The notes under the pieces: generated by a model
The model's input: only the letters and a program-made list of their open reading frames with translations
What the model was told of the DNA's origin: nothing
The model's database searches: none
Program-made: the position numbers and the translations under genes
Origin: Callorhinchus milii
Taxonomy: Eukaryota
Direction of reading: 5' to 3'
Assembly (NCBI RefSeq): GCF_018977255.1
Contig: NW_024704742.1
Coordinates: 115,446,001 to 115,510,000 of the forward strand
Length of the DNA stretch: 64,000 nt
Shown here: positions 26,121 through 40,049 of the stretch, one piece after another
How the letters are laid out: every line of letters begins with the position of its first letter
Position numbering within the stretch: position 1 is the stretch's first letter

Positions 26121-26219
26121 AGGAAACAATATTTTGTGAAGAGCAGAATAATTAGGAGTTTGTTTCAGAGAAACACATTTAAAGGCGGGTGTTAGCTTTT
26201 GTACTTACTCACAGGATCA

Positions 26220-27197
26220 AGATTTTTTTGATCTATATAAATGACCTGGACTTGGGTATAGGGAATAAAATTTCCAAGTTTGCAGATGATACGAAACTAG
26301 GAAAAGTAGTAAACAGTGAGGAGGATAGTAGCAGACTGCAAGGGGATGTAAACACAGGTAAAATGGGCAGACATGTGGCAGATGAAGTTTAAAGTGGAGA
26401 AATGCGAAGTGATGAATTTTGGGAGGAAGAATGAGGAGAGGCAATATAAGCTGATGGTATAATCTTAAAGGGGGTGAAGGTACAAAGAGACCTGGGGGTT
26501 CATTATAAGTACATTTTTGAAGGTGGCAGTACAGGTAGATAAGGCTGTTTTTAAAAAAAAACATATGGGATACTAGGCTTTATAAATAGGGACATAGAAT
26601 ACAAAAGTCAGGAAGTTATGATAAACCTTTCATAAAACACTGGTTAGGCCTCAGTGAGAGTAATATGATCAATTCTGGGCACCATACTTTAGAAAGGCAT
26701 TGGAGAGGGTGCAAAGGAGATTCACCAGGATGGTACCAGGAATGAGGGATTTCAGTTATCAGGAGAGTTTAGAGAAGCTAGGATTATTCTCCCTGGAGCA
26801 GAGAAGGTTAAGAGGAGACTTAGTAGAAGTTTTCAAAATTCTGAGAGGATTCGATAGGGTGAACAAGGAGAAACTATTTTCACTGGCGGGGGTGGGTTGG
26901 TAACCTGAGGACACTGATTTACAATCTTTGTTAAAAGAAACAGGGGAGGTGAGGAGAAATGTTTTCACACAGCAAGTTTTTCAGATCTAGAATGCATTGC
27001 CTGAAAGGGTGGCGGAAGTTGATTTGATAACGACTTTTAAGAGAGAAGTAGATAATTATTTGGGGAGGACAAGTTTGCAGGGCCATGGGGAGAGAGCGGG
27101 GGAGTGGGATTGATTTGGGTAGCTCTTTTCAGAGAACCGGCACAGACACAATGGGATGAATGGCCTCCTTCTGTGCTGTATAATTCTACGATTCTAT
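26220..27197 (+). mobile_element. 5'-truncated CR1 LINE (RT C-terminus, 3' UTR, tail)
   Basis: FLIYINDLD..SKFADDTKLG, ERVQRRFTRMVPG..LFSLEQRRLRGDL; ends ataattctacgattctat. Confidence 0.9.
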
Positions 27198-30100
27198 AAA
27201 GGGTGACCTCTCATACTCCTACTTTCAGTCCACAGATTGTAGACAACCAAAATCTTGCAGCGCCTTGGGACATCCTCCTGTAATGTAATTTTGTTGTTGT
27301 TGTTGCAACCAGCGCACACACTGGACATCCCCACAATGATTAGTGTGCTGGTAAACACCTTTTGTGACACAAGCCAATTGTTTTAAATGATGTTTAGCTG
27401 CCACCTAAGGCTGGATTCCAAATAATTAATATAGATGGAAAACAATAAGGTTTCAGCGCAGTTCTCTATAGTTCACCACTAACTGTATCCAGACAATCCA
27501 ACAAACCATCATTTACACCCACTTTCTGCCTTCTGTTTTTAAACCATCATTTTATTCATGCTACCAACTGGCCTCGATACTGTACCACGTGCCTTATCTT
27601 TCTCTATTTGCCTTTTATGTGGTACCTTATCAAAAGCCTTCATTCATTTATTCACTCAATCAAAATGAACAGAGTAGAACATCACTTCATTGCTGTCTTT
27701 TCACCTGAAATAATCCTCAGATTTGCCTGTAGGTAAAATGATGAATAGCTGTGCCATTGAAAGTGTCCCTTTAGTCACTGTGCTGAGTGCAATCCAGTTC
27801 ACTCGATTATTTTTCATTTACTTTACTGTCCCCTTCATTCTATTGCCGTTATTTCTCATGCTATCAGGATGCTGCCATTAAATACTCGATCTAAATCCAA
27901 ACAAATGGCAATTTAAGAAATCAGTGAATCTATCTCTCCACATGTCAAGCCGACACATCATTGTTTGAGAGTCATTATAGTTTCTCAGTAGAAATTTCAT
28001 TAGACCCGTGATAGTTTGGTCATTTCCCACTTGTAGTTGAATGAGAGATATCCTTTGTAGAAGTAACTAATTTCTGGTTAGAAACATTTATTGACAACTC
28101 TATTTAAGGAGGTATTCTATTTTACTCTCGGTCAAGGCCATCATAGTGAATTGTAACCAAACAAATTACTCAAATTCAGCTGTGACAATAACCGCTCCAG
28201 CTGAACTGCTATATTTGCAGCATTACACAGAAGTTTTTTTAGCTCAAACGTTTAAGTCCATTATGAGTAGAATTGTGTGAATGTGGGCGGGCAGAAAGAG
28301 TTTATTTGATAAAATCTGAGTCACAGCCCCAGCCTACGTGAGAAAGAAGAGAATAGAGGTGTCCTGGCCAACAATCCCACATATAAAATTGATCATTCAC
28401 TTCATGGTTGTTTGTGTAACATTGCTGTACGCAATTGAGCTGCCGCATTTGCTTACAATTATACAGTCACTCCACTTCACTGTGTAGCGCTTTGAGACGT
28501 CCTCCTGACGTGAAAGGAACTATACTGAAAGCAAGGATTATTGTCCTTAATTTGAAGACTACGTCCTCTTGTCTGCTCTTGATTGTCCTACTAGATGGAA
28601 AGGCTGGTGTTCTATATGAGTAGTTGAGTTGTACCAGGCATTTGGGTATGCACATGAGAGGAAGGAGCTTTGGGCTGTCTCTGAGTCAAACTGGAGACAT
28701 CCCATCCCAGGAATGTTAATTATTGTCAAGGATACAACCATTTCCAGCTGAAAAATTCAATCAAAATGCTCAAGGAAACGAGCAATATAATATAACCAAT
28801 ATAATTCTGATTAATTTGAAATTTGGTATGATGCTCCTTCAATAAAGTGTAATTTACACGCTCATTTTGTTTGCTTTAAATAGGTGATTAATCTGATTCA
28901 ACATTAAGTCAGCAAATGATTTTATGATTATATCAATCCCCTTTATTGGACACATATTAATTTAGATCTGCATTCTGAATATTCACCTGAAAAGGGGTTA
29001 TATTAATCATTGTTATTTATTATTTGTCAGATTAACAGGTGTTAAATTTATGGAAATATATAATTAAGGTACAGTGTCAACAGTTTTTAGGATTCGTGAT
29101 AACATGTAGCAATTTCTAATGTATTTCTTAATAAAGAATCCAAACAGCAATTCTTACTTGCAATCAGGTTTATATCAAACAACTCACATTCATGCTAGGA
29201 AACTCTGCTCTACTGTAGACTGTGTCAGAGTGGCGTTCCCTTGAGTGGCTGCAACACATGTTCCTCATTAAGGAATCCCATTGGAAATCATTGCAATATT
29301 AGGCCCCAGTGTATGTTTTTTGTAAAACATGTTTCTAAATCTTAGCCAAGGATATAGCACAACAATACAGTTGGCCGAGAAGTGTCAGCTTCAACACACA
29401 ATGTTAATAGCCATCATTTCAATATTATTGTTGGAAATAACCCTGACTTGACAGACTGGCTGAAAAACAGAGATGCTGTCATTTTTCACCTTCATAAGCA
29501 TAACATGAGTGCAATAATAAGTCCCAAGAGGCTATGCTGTGAAAACGTGTCACTTATTGTGTTATTTTTTGGAAACCATCACAATATTCAGTTTGCTTTG
29601 CTGCCAGCGTGAGCAGTTATAATGACTCCAGCAGCAGACATGAATTTCAAGTTGTAATATTTGAACAATGAATATGCTAATAATGCTCAAACATACTCAC
29701 AAACATCACAACAATATGTATGTAAGTACATGCGCATCATGTCATTCGGGTCTAAAATATGGAGATTTCTAATGGGAGTCTTGAACAACAAAATGAAGTC
29801 CTTCTGGTAATTAGAAGCAATCCAATCTATTTACGGAGTAGAGTTCCTACAGGCCAATAGGATTCTTTATCCCACATTTTAAACCTTATTAACAGATTAT
29901 GGGCATGGAAGCAATGTGCAAAACTGAACCTGCACTGAGTGGGGAAGATTTCCTCCTTTATATTTCTGATGGGAGAACAGAGCACAATCCAGCTTCTCTC
30001 CTCTACTTTCATTTGTAATGCCCAAATAGTAAGTTAGGTTACTCAGTGCTGAGATCAGACTCTTTATACAAATTCTGCAAAAATACTTGCCTAATGAATG

Positions 30101-30388
30101 TATTACCAAACAGATGTGGTTCACCTGCAGTTTTTGTTAAACACTTAGTGTTACTTAAAGGTTAAGTAACAGTTACACTGATATAAATAAACATTGACCT
30201 GAATCGTGCCAACTAATTAAATTTCAGTTTGTCATTAGCTGGATATCAGGGAGGATGCTTTCATCTCCGTAGCCAATTCAGAGCCCTGGATTTTAATTGC
30301 CTTGTGAAAAATATATATTTGCAATCATATGGGTTCTACTCGGGATGATTCAAACCAGGCTAGTTTCCATATTTTTTTTTTAAAATGT

Positions 30389-31015
30389 GGACTCCCGTTG
30401 CATAGTGGTTGGGCGCTTGGATTGCAAGCATGAGGACCCAGGTTCAATTCCCGCGTGGGGAGAAAACCTTAGGTAAGTTTCCTTACTCCACACGCCTCTA
30501 TTTTCCTAGCAGTAAGTAGGAACCCGGTTGTCAGTCGATTGGCGAATTGCTTTCCAGGGGCAATAATCCCTCAAAAAAAATTGGTCACTCAATCCACGAC
30601 TGTTTAGCTCAGTGGTTAGAGCACTCACTTTGAAAGCGAGAGACCTGAGTTCAATTGCAGGCAGGGTGAAACCTTGGGCAAGTTTCCTTACTCCACACAG
30701 AGCCTAATAATAATCCCTCCAAAACCAATAATAAATTGGTCATTTTCAATCTACGACTGTTTGTGGGACATTGCTGTGCGCAATTGGCTGCCGCGTTCGC
30801 CCACAAATATACAGTCAATTCACTTTACAGTGTGTTCTGTAAAGCGCTTTTGGGACGTCCTCCCGACGTGAAAAGCGCTATATCAAATGCAAGGATTATT
30901 ATTATTATTAATTGGCTGCAAAATACACTTGTCAATTCACTTCACAATATATTCTGTGAAGCCCTTTGAGATGTCTCAATGGCGTGATAAGGCGCTATAT
31001 CAAATGAAAGATTAT
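30389..31015 (+). mobile_element. Nested SINEs: long variant (30389-30604, resuming 30910-31015) interrupted by a short variant (30605-30908)
   Basis: Two tRNA heads and two tails. The outer copy breaks at ..cacgactgtt and resumes at aattggctgc. Confidence 0.8.
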
Positions 31016-31121
31016 GGCTTTAATTACAGAGAAATAAATACATAACACACTGGAAACACTGAGCATTCACTGTTACAATTTAATCAGAGTTGTGGGGCAA
31101 TGTACAAACATTAACTGAGGC

Positions 31122-31361
31122 TTAACGTTTGGCTTTAGCAGCTTGTCTAGCCTCCCTTTCCAGACGCACCTTCTCTCTTATCTCTTTTTCTCGCTGAATC
31201 AGTGCAGCTCGTTCTTCTTCCCACTCTTCTAATTTCTTCTCAAACTTTTGGATCTCGCTGGATTCAGCGGCCAGGAGGTTTTCTGTTATAAGTTTCTCTG
31301 TCATAGTCATTAGGCTTTCTGTTTCGATCTTTCCAAGGGACTGCAGCTCTGCATGTAATTC
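31122..31361 (-). CDS. MRPS27: MRPS27 last coding exon with TAA stop, 240 bp
   Basis: ccccttccggtAG|GAA. Translates to ELHAELQSLGKIETESLMTMTEKLITENL...LIQREKEIREKVRLEREARQAAKAKR*. Confidence 0.92.
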   Translation of the reverse strand, partial: ELHAELQSLGKIETESLMTMTEKLITENLLAAESSEIQKFEKKLEEWEEERAALIQREKEIREKVRLEREARQAAKAKR

Positions 31362-32318
31362 CTACCGGAAGGGGAAGCAACAAAAATATAACCTCATTAA
31401 TTGTCAGAATACAAATTAACTTTTTAAGTAGGTATTTTGTAGTCCAAAATGGTTTGGCCTTGGTGGACAGTGAAATAAACTCCTCAATTCACATCACATT
31501 CTCAAATTCACATCAAGTACAACTTTAAGCATCATGTTCTACTTACATTGCTAAATGCACTGTATTAAACACAGCTCAATAAAAACGTGAGCTTTCTGTT
31601 ATAGAAGATAATGTTGTGCAACTAGCTTTATATTTGACAGCTTCCTATATTCCAATAATACAACAGTATTCCCCAAGGAAATATAGCTACAGTCTCATTC
31701 ATTGTTGAGGATTGAGTTCCGCTATATTTATTGAATAAAATATGAGGATTAGCAAAAGTGAAACAGAGGTTATTGTGAATGTTTGGGCAGAGAACAAATG
31801 GGATAAATCTATTGTTGTACAGTGCAGTTGACAAATGTGACAGAATTAAGCTATTAATGGTGAAAAATCTGGACTTTGTAGCTTAACTAAGTATCGTCAC
31901 TCATGAAGAGGATTTTTTGTCTTTTTGAAATGTCAACTTCAAGAGACCCACCAATTTAGAGGAATCTGTGAGCAAAGAAACATAATATTTGTCCTCCATC
32001 TCTCAAGTTAGTCAGTGTAGAAGGGAAAGAGAAAGGGAAATACAACAACAACTTGCATTAGTGTCTTTAATGGTGACATCAGTGCGCTTGAGAGAGTGAA
32101 GGAAAGAGAGAAGGAAGGGGGAGGGGAACAAAGAGTGTTGATAGGCTGCTTCTATTTGTTGGTAAGTCTAAAATTAGTGGGTATAGATATAAGGTAGCTA
32201 GTGATAGATCTAAAGGGGAATTTAGGCAGAATTTACAGAGGTTGGTGAGAATGTGGAACTCACTGCCAGAATCAGTGTTTTAAGGAAATTGTTACCAATG
32301 TATTTACACAAAAACCTG

Positions 32319-32615
32319 ATAATAATAATCCTTGCATTTGATATAGTGCTTTTCACATCTTCTCGACGTCTCAAAGCGCTTCACAGCATAGACTGTAAAG
32401 TGAATTGATTGTATATTTGTGGGCGAAACGCAGCAACCAATTGTGCACAGCAATGTCCCACAAACAGTCATGGATTGAAAATGACCAATTTATTATTGTT
32501 TTTTTTTTTGGAGGGATTATTATCAGGTGAGTGGAGAAAGGAAACTTGCCCATGGTTTCGCCCGGCTGCAATTGAACCCAGGTGTCTCGCTCTAACCACT
32601 GAGCTACAGGACTCC
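32319..32615 (-). mobile_element. tRNA-headed SINE, short variant
   Basis: rc head ggagtcctgtagctcagtggttagagcg; same body and tail as 55083-55398. Confidence 0.85.
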
Positions 32616-33783
32616 ACTTTTTGGGGTGACATCTCCTCTCAGTCCTTTTTATTTCATACAAAAAGCCCAGTAGCACAGTAATAACATGGGTGGGGAGTGG
32701 GAAATTAAAGGTTACAGTTGCAAGAAGTTACAGGTGAGTGAACAAAGGTTACTAGTTACAAAGCAGATGATTAGACAATAGCTGAAGTGGGATGGTACCT
32801 GCAAGTATAGTGTCCACAAATGAACACAAATCACTTTTAAGATTGCATTTCTATTTTAAGTTGGTGTATTGAGATTTTTAAATACATCGCTAGTCTGGCA
32901 CCCATTTCAGGATTTCTTTTGGTGAGGTTGGAAAAAGAAGAGTCCATATACAAGGTTTCCATATTTGTCAAGACCCAGGCGTATGAGTTGATCAATACAC
33001 TATCAATTAGGTTTGTTATTATCTAGCGTTGCCAACAAAGTCCGATATAGGATATATATGATATATGACACAGCTCGACATAAGATACCATTGTGATTTA
33101 CAAACGTGCATACATGGAGGGAACAGAAGGGTGTAGGAGAGGTGAACAGAAAGAGTGGGAGGTCCATGTGAAGTATAAACACTTGAATTCCAAGGTGCTA
33201 TACTGGATAGGCTGTATCAGTGTTGATCAGTGTTATCAGTCTTTCTCCAGTTTGGCTGGAGAAGGAACAAATTCAATCCAGAACAAAATCATCCTTTAAC
33301 TGCAGTCAACATGCAGTGAAGATTAACTCCATAGAAACAGAAGGAAGATCCCCAGAGAGCAAAACCGTGGCCCTGGATATTAAGTGTGCTTGTTGAGAAA
33401 GAATTTCCTGTGTGAATCACTAGGTGACTCGATGACTGCCTTAATCTGTGCATTGATCCTATTGATTCAGTGTACGGTTCCTGATCAGGCCAGTGATCTG
33501 AAACCCCATTCAAGGAAGTACAACCTAAAGTTTTAAGTTGTTTCTGTTGTCAGAAATCTTAAAAAAAACATGCAAGAACACTTCACAAAGAGAGATATCA
33601 GACATACTGGAAGGAGTACTGAGAACAACACTAATCCCAGTATCTCCTGGGATGGATTCCCAATGCCATTCTGTACAAATCTGTTGTTGAACTGGGAACA
33701 TGTTTTGCATTAGAAGTTCACAGGCAAATACTTCATTCAAATGGACTCAATACATAAAGACAACTGGCAATTGTTCCACCTAC

Positions 33784-33954
33784 TTTAAATCTTTTCAAGT
33801 AGTCTGGAAGTTTTGTCTTTTCATTAATTTCGTCATCATCATCATCATCATCATCAATTGCATCTTCTTGTTTTGTTTCCTGTAATTTGTTTGTGATCTT
33901 GGATTCACTGGTCTCAGATGTTGGCATCTCCAGTACCATTGCCATGGCATCCAC
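33784..33954 (-). CDS. MRPS27: MRPS27 penultimate coding exon, 171 bp
   Basis: gttctgcAG|GTG ... AAA|gtaggt. Translates to VDAMAMVLEMPTSETSESKITNKLQETKQEDAIDDDDDDDDEINEKTKLPDYLKRFK; the KLPxYLxRFK end matches MRPS27. Confidence 0.88.
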
Positions 33955-34110
33955 CTGCAGAACATAAAACACAAGCCTCCAGTGACTTCATCAGCTAATA
34001 AAGTGCTGGGATCACACCACTTGTGCTTGCTGTTTTGAGATTATGCTTCAGTGACCCGGTTTACTAATCATATTATGTAAAAATCTAAAATGTTAACACC
34101 ATATTACAGT

Positions 34111-34462
34111 AATAAATAATAATAATCCTTGCATTTGATATAGGGCTTTTCACATCTTATAGACGTCTTCACAGAATATACTGTAAAGTGAATTGACTGT
34201 TTACTTGAGGACGAAACGTGGCAATCAATTGCACTCAGCAGTGTCCCACAAACAGTTGTGGATTGAGTGACCAAATTTTTTTTNAAGGATTACGATCTTC
34301 AGAAAAGCGATCCACCAATCGACTAACAACCGAGTTCCTACTTACTGCTAGGTAAAGGGAGACGTGTGGAATAATGTAACGGCCAACATTTCACCCTGCC
34401 GGAAATAGAACCCAGGTCTCTTGCTTGCGAGGCGAGTGCTCTAACCACTGAGCTATGGGACC
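34111..34462 (-). mobile_element. tRNA-headed SINE, long variant (contains one N at 34284)
   Basis: rc of the 39398-39768 family, including cctagcagtaagtagg. Confidence 0.85.
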
Positions 34463-35369
34463 AAATATCTGGAATGTTAACAGTATCAGGTCTTTCAGTT
34501 GGATAAGAGAGGAATCGTAGGCACTCACTTTTAATTTTAATGCTTTGTACCGTGACAGGTCCATATAACGAAGGATAATTGGAAACATTGATTTCAAACA
34601 CTCTCTGAAAGTATTGAACTGGGTGTTAACCTTAAAGGCAATGTTTATTTGTTTTTCCTCACAATGTTCTCTCAGACTTCCTCCACTCCCGAAGGTTCAT
34701 GGTGGGGGTCTTTAATTAGTTCACCCAAATAGTTACTGTTCATGTGCATGCATGTGTTGGCAGTCTATTCAATTGTGCAACTATCCTGGTCAAGCCCAAT
34801 CCTGTTTTTCCTCGTGCACATTGGATTGTGATTAAAGGGGCAAACCTGACTGATTTCTGCATCGCTATAGCTGGGGCAATCGGGCTAATTGTATCAACAG
34901 CCTCCAAACTGCAATCAACTGGCCTGGCACACATTAGCTAGCCTAGCACAGACTAGGGTTTGAACACAAGAACTGCCTCGTCCTTAAGGCTTATTATTAT
35001 ATTTCAAAGTGCATTTCACATAAGAGCTAGTAAGGCAAGGCTTTTCTTTGAGGAAAAAAAACCACTCCATTATTTAAGCAGTCTTTGGATTTTCTGATTA
35101 GCAAGGCATTTGAATTCTAACTTTCAGTGTTGCTTTGATCGTACTTCAACCTGTAAATGACCGAACCCTTTGCCATGAACAACAAACTGATGAAATCAGG
35201 TCCAATAACAACAACAAATTGCATTTATACAGTGCCTTTCATATCAGGAGAATGTCCCAAGGCCTCCAGGGTTTGGGGGTGGGGGAGAAATACCAGAGTT
35301 TGAAAAGCAGTGTCAAGCTTCTTAAGAACCTTCTACTTAGCTACTTAAACTATCTATCTACTATCTCAT

Positions 35370-35775
35370 TTGTACAGTGCCTTTCATGTCGGGAGGACGT
35401 CCCAAGGCGCTGGACAATCAGTGTTTCAGACCTGAGCTGGGGGTCGGGATTGGGGAGGGCGGGGGGGGGGAAGGATAATGATCGAAAGCACGGTCGAAGA
35501 GGATCTTGAGATGAGTCCTGAAAGAGGCAAGGGAGGGGGTGAGGTGGAGGGACTGTGGAATGGAGTTCCAGAGGGTGGGGGCAGAGTGGCAGAAGGCCCA
35601 CCCGACAATGGTTGGATGGGCGAGGTGAGGAATGTGAAATAGATTGGAGCCCGCTGGGTGGAGGGAACGGGCAGAATGGCAGGGGCTTAGGAGGTTGCAG
35701 AGGTAGGGAGGACGAGGTCATGGAGGGCTTTGAAGGTGAGGACCAGGATCGTGAACTGTATCTTCTGTGTGATGG
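35370..35775 (-). mobile_element. L2 3' fragment abutting a SINE (35777-35955, -)
   Basis: rc of the L2 tail (gcctttcatgtcgggaggacgtcccaagg) plus the same G-rich body as the other L2 copies. Confidence 0.75.
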
Positions 35776-37780
35776 GAATAATAATAATCCTTGCATTTGA
35801 ATATAGCGCTTTTCACTTCTTCTAAATGTCTCAAAGCGCTTCACAAAATATACTGTAAAGTGAATTGACTGTATATTTGTCGATTGAAATGACCAATTTA
35901 TTTTTTTCTTGAGGGATTATTATCAGGCATGTGGAGTAAGGAAACTTGCCCAAAATTTCCAAGGGAAGCCAGTGGGGTCGGGCGAGGATGGGTTTCTAAA
36001 ATACTTAGAAACCTGCCACCATTCATGTTATGCAAGATGTCATAACTCCAGATGTTTACTGGCACCTGAGTACACCTATAAAAAGGCTGACACTGAAGCA
36101 CCTTGAAAAGTAAATTGGTCGTAATAGCAAAAATGAGTTTTGAATCTTTGCCTATATACCTTTGTTCCAAAATAGCAACTTGTAAAAAAAGGGAATGAAG
36201 TGAAATGAATCTTCAGGACTAACTCATGCCAGGTGGAATGCAAGCCTTTCAATTGGCAGGAGTTCAAATATATAACTTAAAAAATGAGGGTGTTCAAGTT
36301 TTAGTGAAGTCAGTTGGATGCTTTCTGTTATACAAGAAGAGTACTGAATTTGTGGAATAAATCAGCGGGGAAAATTAATTCAAGGGAACAGTATAAACGG
36401 CGACAAGCAGAAATTAGAATCAATTGAGAGAAATGGTGAAAAGATAGATAGATGGGATTCTGACTTCTCAAAAGGGCGTGAGCTTGTCGGGTCTACTGAC
36501 TTTTCCAGTTACTAACTTTTTAAAAAAGTTTTTAATATGCTGAACTCATTTTAGATGAGTTTAGCATATAAAAGGTGTGAATTTCATAGGAATCAAACAC
36601 TTTGTCCCTCAGAGTCTATGTAGCATACAATAACCTTTTAGTGACCTCTGAGTTTAACCATGTAGATATGTGAAAATGGCAGTTCAGGAACTTGTGGATC
36701 ACTCTGTAACTGGTAGCATTGTAATTATTCAGTCAGGAACCACAAATATAGTCTGTGATGCACTGGTCTGACAGTTTTACTGGAAAGCATTGATCTAAAG
36801 TGACAATTTATTCTTTTCCTTATTGAATCAATATCACATTAATTCCTTTTTAATTAGCTGCTCAACGTTCCTGTGTATTTTTTTAAATACTGTTCAGATC
36901 TGTTACATAAATATTTACATAAATTTTATAATGTTTATATAAATACATTTCAAAGGAGTAGGGGGTTTCTAAAGAGATTTAAAAATTTAAAGTCTTTTTC
37001 TTCACAAAATAATCATTAAATCCTTAAATATCCTTTACTTCCTTTCCTGTTGGGAGGACCTCTTGACAGGATATACTTTAAAGGAGAGTGACTGTGCTTT
37101 ATGGGCAAACAATATCTAGGCTACTGCTGATACACTGGAACATACATCACCAGAAAATTATAAGAATAATAAGAACTTACATTTTATACAATCATTTTGA
37201 ACCATTGCTTTAGTTAAATGTAGTAATTGTTTTCGTAAGCCAACCTAGCAGCCAATTTATAAGAAGGTTCCCCCAAACGGCCACGAAGCAAGAAACCAAT
37301 TTTATCTGGAGTGATTGTTTTTGGCCAGGACAAAGCCAGAAGAAACCCCCTACTCCTTTTGAATAGTGCCACAGGATAGTTAAAGCCCACCTGAACAGAC
37401 AGGCAAGACCTTGTTTTAATAATAAAACCTTGCATTAGATACAGTGCCTTATCACGATGTTGAGACGTCTCAAAGTGCTTCTCAGGATATACTGTAAAGT
37501 GTAGGCACTCTGAATTTTTTGGGCGAAACCCAGCAGCCAATTGCGCACAGCAATGTCCCACAAACGGGCGTGGATTGAGTAACCAAATTAATATTTTATT
37601 TTTTGGTTGGAGGGATTATTACTCCCGGAAAGAGATCTGATCTGAAGGTTGGCACCTCTCATATTGCAATGCTCGCCCAGTACTGCGAGCTTGGACAATG
37701 AGTTCAAGTCCCTATGTGGATCTACAGGTCCTGACCCACAATCTTATGACCAAGAGATGAGAACTGAGTCGGGCTGAAAT

Positions 37781-38545
37781 AACAACAACAACTTGCACTT
37801 ATAAAGCGCCCTCCACGCAGGGTAGTGTCTCAGAGTGCTTAACAGTGGTGGAGCCTGACTCTGAGCCGGGGGGAGGTGGGAGGTGGCCATAAGCACGGTC
37901 GAAGAGGTAAGTTTTCAGGCGGGACTTGAAAGGGGGAAGAGGGGGCAAGGTGGGGATATTGAGGGAGAGTGTTCCAGAGTTTGGGGGCATAGTGGCTGAA
38001 AGCGCGACCTCCGATGGTGGGGCAGAGGGTACGGGAGATGAGCAAGAGGCCGGTACCAGTCAAGCAAAGCAGAGGCACCGGGTGGTGGATTGGGGAGTGA
38101 GGACGTCAGAGAGGTAGGGAGGTGCCAGGGAGTGAATGGATTTGAACATGAGTCCGAGGATCTTGAAGTCGATCCGTTCAGTGATGGGGAGCCAGTGGAG
38201 TCTGGCCAGAACTGGTGAGAGGTGGGGATGGAGCTTGGTCTGGGTCAGTATGCAGGCGGCAGAGTTCTGAATGAGTTGGATCTTGTGAATGGTGGAGCTG
38301 GGAGACCGGGGAGGAGTGTGTTTGAATAATCCAAGTGGGAGGTGACAAGTGCATGCACAGGGTTTCGGCTGCATTTGGGGTAAGGTACAGTTGGAGGCGG
38401 GCAATGTGGGGAGGTGGAAGAAGGCAGTTCTGGTCAGGGACTGGATGTGGGGAAGGAAGGACAGCTGGGGGTCAAACCGGACGCCTAGATTGTGCACTGG
38501 TTCAGTGAGTCTGAGGGAGAGCCCAGGGAGGTTGAGGAGTTTAGA
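37781..38545 (-). mobile_element. L2 LINE 3' fragment
   Basis: VHNLGVRFDPQLSF..KIQLIQNSAA..LHWLPITERIDFKIL, IGGRAFSHYAPKLWN; (aac)n tail on +. Confidence 0.88.
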
Positions 38546-39397
38546 CATAGTGATATAGTGGACTCTTTACAATGAATCTTTCTTTGAAGCTATATAAAAA
38601 TAACATTCTTTGTAACAAGTCTATTTCAAATAAATTAATATTAAAGCAATGCCTCTTAAAGAATCATGCGATCTCCAAAAGCTTTTAACAATGGTGGGAA
38701 TTTTGTACAGCTTGAGCAGTATATCAATGAATGCAAAACCAAGGATAACAGAAATAAAATGTAGTTTGGTTCTGCCAATATGTTAACAAATCTTCGCATT
38801 AATGTAAATGACAGTTTTGAAAAAATCTCCTCACAAGCTGAACAAATGCATCTTCCAGGTTTTGAATCAGATTGAGCGAGGGGCAAAAATAAACAAAATT
38901 ATCCTTACATTTGATAATAGTGCCTCTCACATTGGGAGAGCATGTCAAAGAACTTCACAGGATATGCTGTAAAGTGTAGAGACTGTGCAAATATGTAGGC
39001 AAATCTTTTATATCCATTTTAAAATCACTGACTAAGGTCAGTGATCAGATCAGAGAACAAAAGACTAAAGAAGATGAGCATGCAGATGGTTGTAATTCAA
39101 TGAGGCACCTAGGGATCATGAATTGAATTCTTCAATTCAATCTTGATTTGGAAGCTGGGCTTGTTTTACAATCTCCATGTAACTGTAGAAAAAGACACAG
39201 ACATTTACCAGATATAATTACATTAGTAGAGTTGCGAAAAAAATGTTGGTCCTTTGTGTGTGCAGAAGGATAGCCATTGCAAGGAAGGAGAAATTAAGAA
39301 AAGCAAATGATTTCAGTGGAAGTAATCCCTCTCAGGTAGAGCTGAGCAAGGCTTAATTTCTGCAGTTAATTTATTATTTGTTTATCTTATTATCAGT

Positions 39398-39768
39398 GGA
39401 ATCCTGCTGGCTTAGTGGTTAGAGCACTCGCCTCGCAAGCAAGAGGACCTGGGTTCAATTCCCGGGTAGGGCGAAACGTTGGGCAAGTTTCCGTACTTCA
39501 CACACCTCTGTTTACCTAGCAGTAAGTAGGAACCCGGTTGTTGGTTGATTCGTGGATTGCTTTCCTGGGGGGTAATAATCCCTTCAAAAATAAATAATAA
39601 TTTAGTCACTCAATCCATGACTGTTTGTGGGACACTGCTGAGCGCAATTGGCTGCCGTGTTTCGCCCACAAAATATGGTCAATTCACTTTACTGTATATT
39701 CTGTGAAGTGCTTTGAGACGTCTCGAAGACTTGATAAGGCGCTGTATCAAATGCAAGGATTATTATTA
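39398..39768 (+). mobile_element. tRNA(Ala)-headed SINE, long variant, full length
   Basis: A-box tggcttagtggttagagc, anticodon-like arm ctcgc-ctCGCaa-gcaag, B-box gggttcaattcc, Deu-like core tgtttgtgggacactgctg..aattggctgcc, L2-like tail ending (tat)n. Confidence 0.85.
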
Positions 39769-40049
39769 CCTTTACTTTCTTTTTTTTTCTTTGTTCTCTT
39801 TGAGCTGCACTTCCCGGGAGGGTGGAAGAGAGGGAGGGTTAAACGAATGTAACAGTTTGTGATATTAACACAGTACGTGAATGTTAAAGGAGGTTGCAGT
39901 TCTGTCATTCTGTTATTTTGACATAATTATTTTAAAATGTAATTTAAAAAGCAACATTGATCATTACCCCTTTATTTTCTTTCTTCTTTGCACAGCTGAT
40001 CTAGTTTACAATCATCTCCTTCATCTGAACAGCTTTCATTTCAACTGTA

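Noticed and set aside
29827..30012. FAHCFHAHNLL resembling the hAT transposase CxxH motif
   Set aside because: Short chance similarity with no other transposase motifs nearby.
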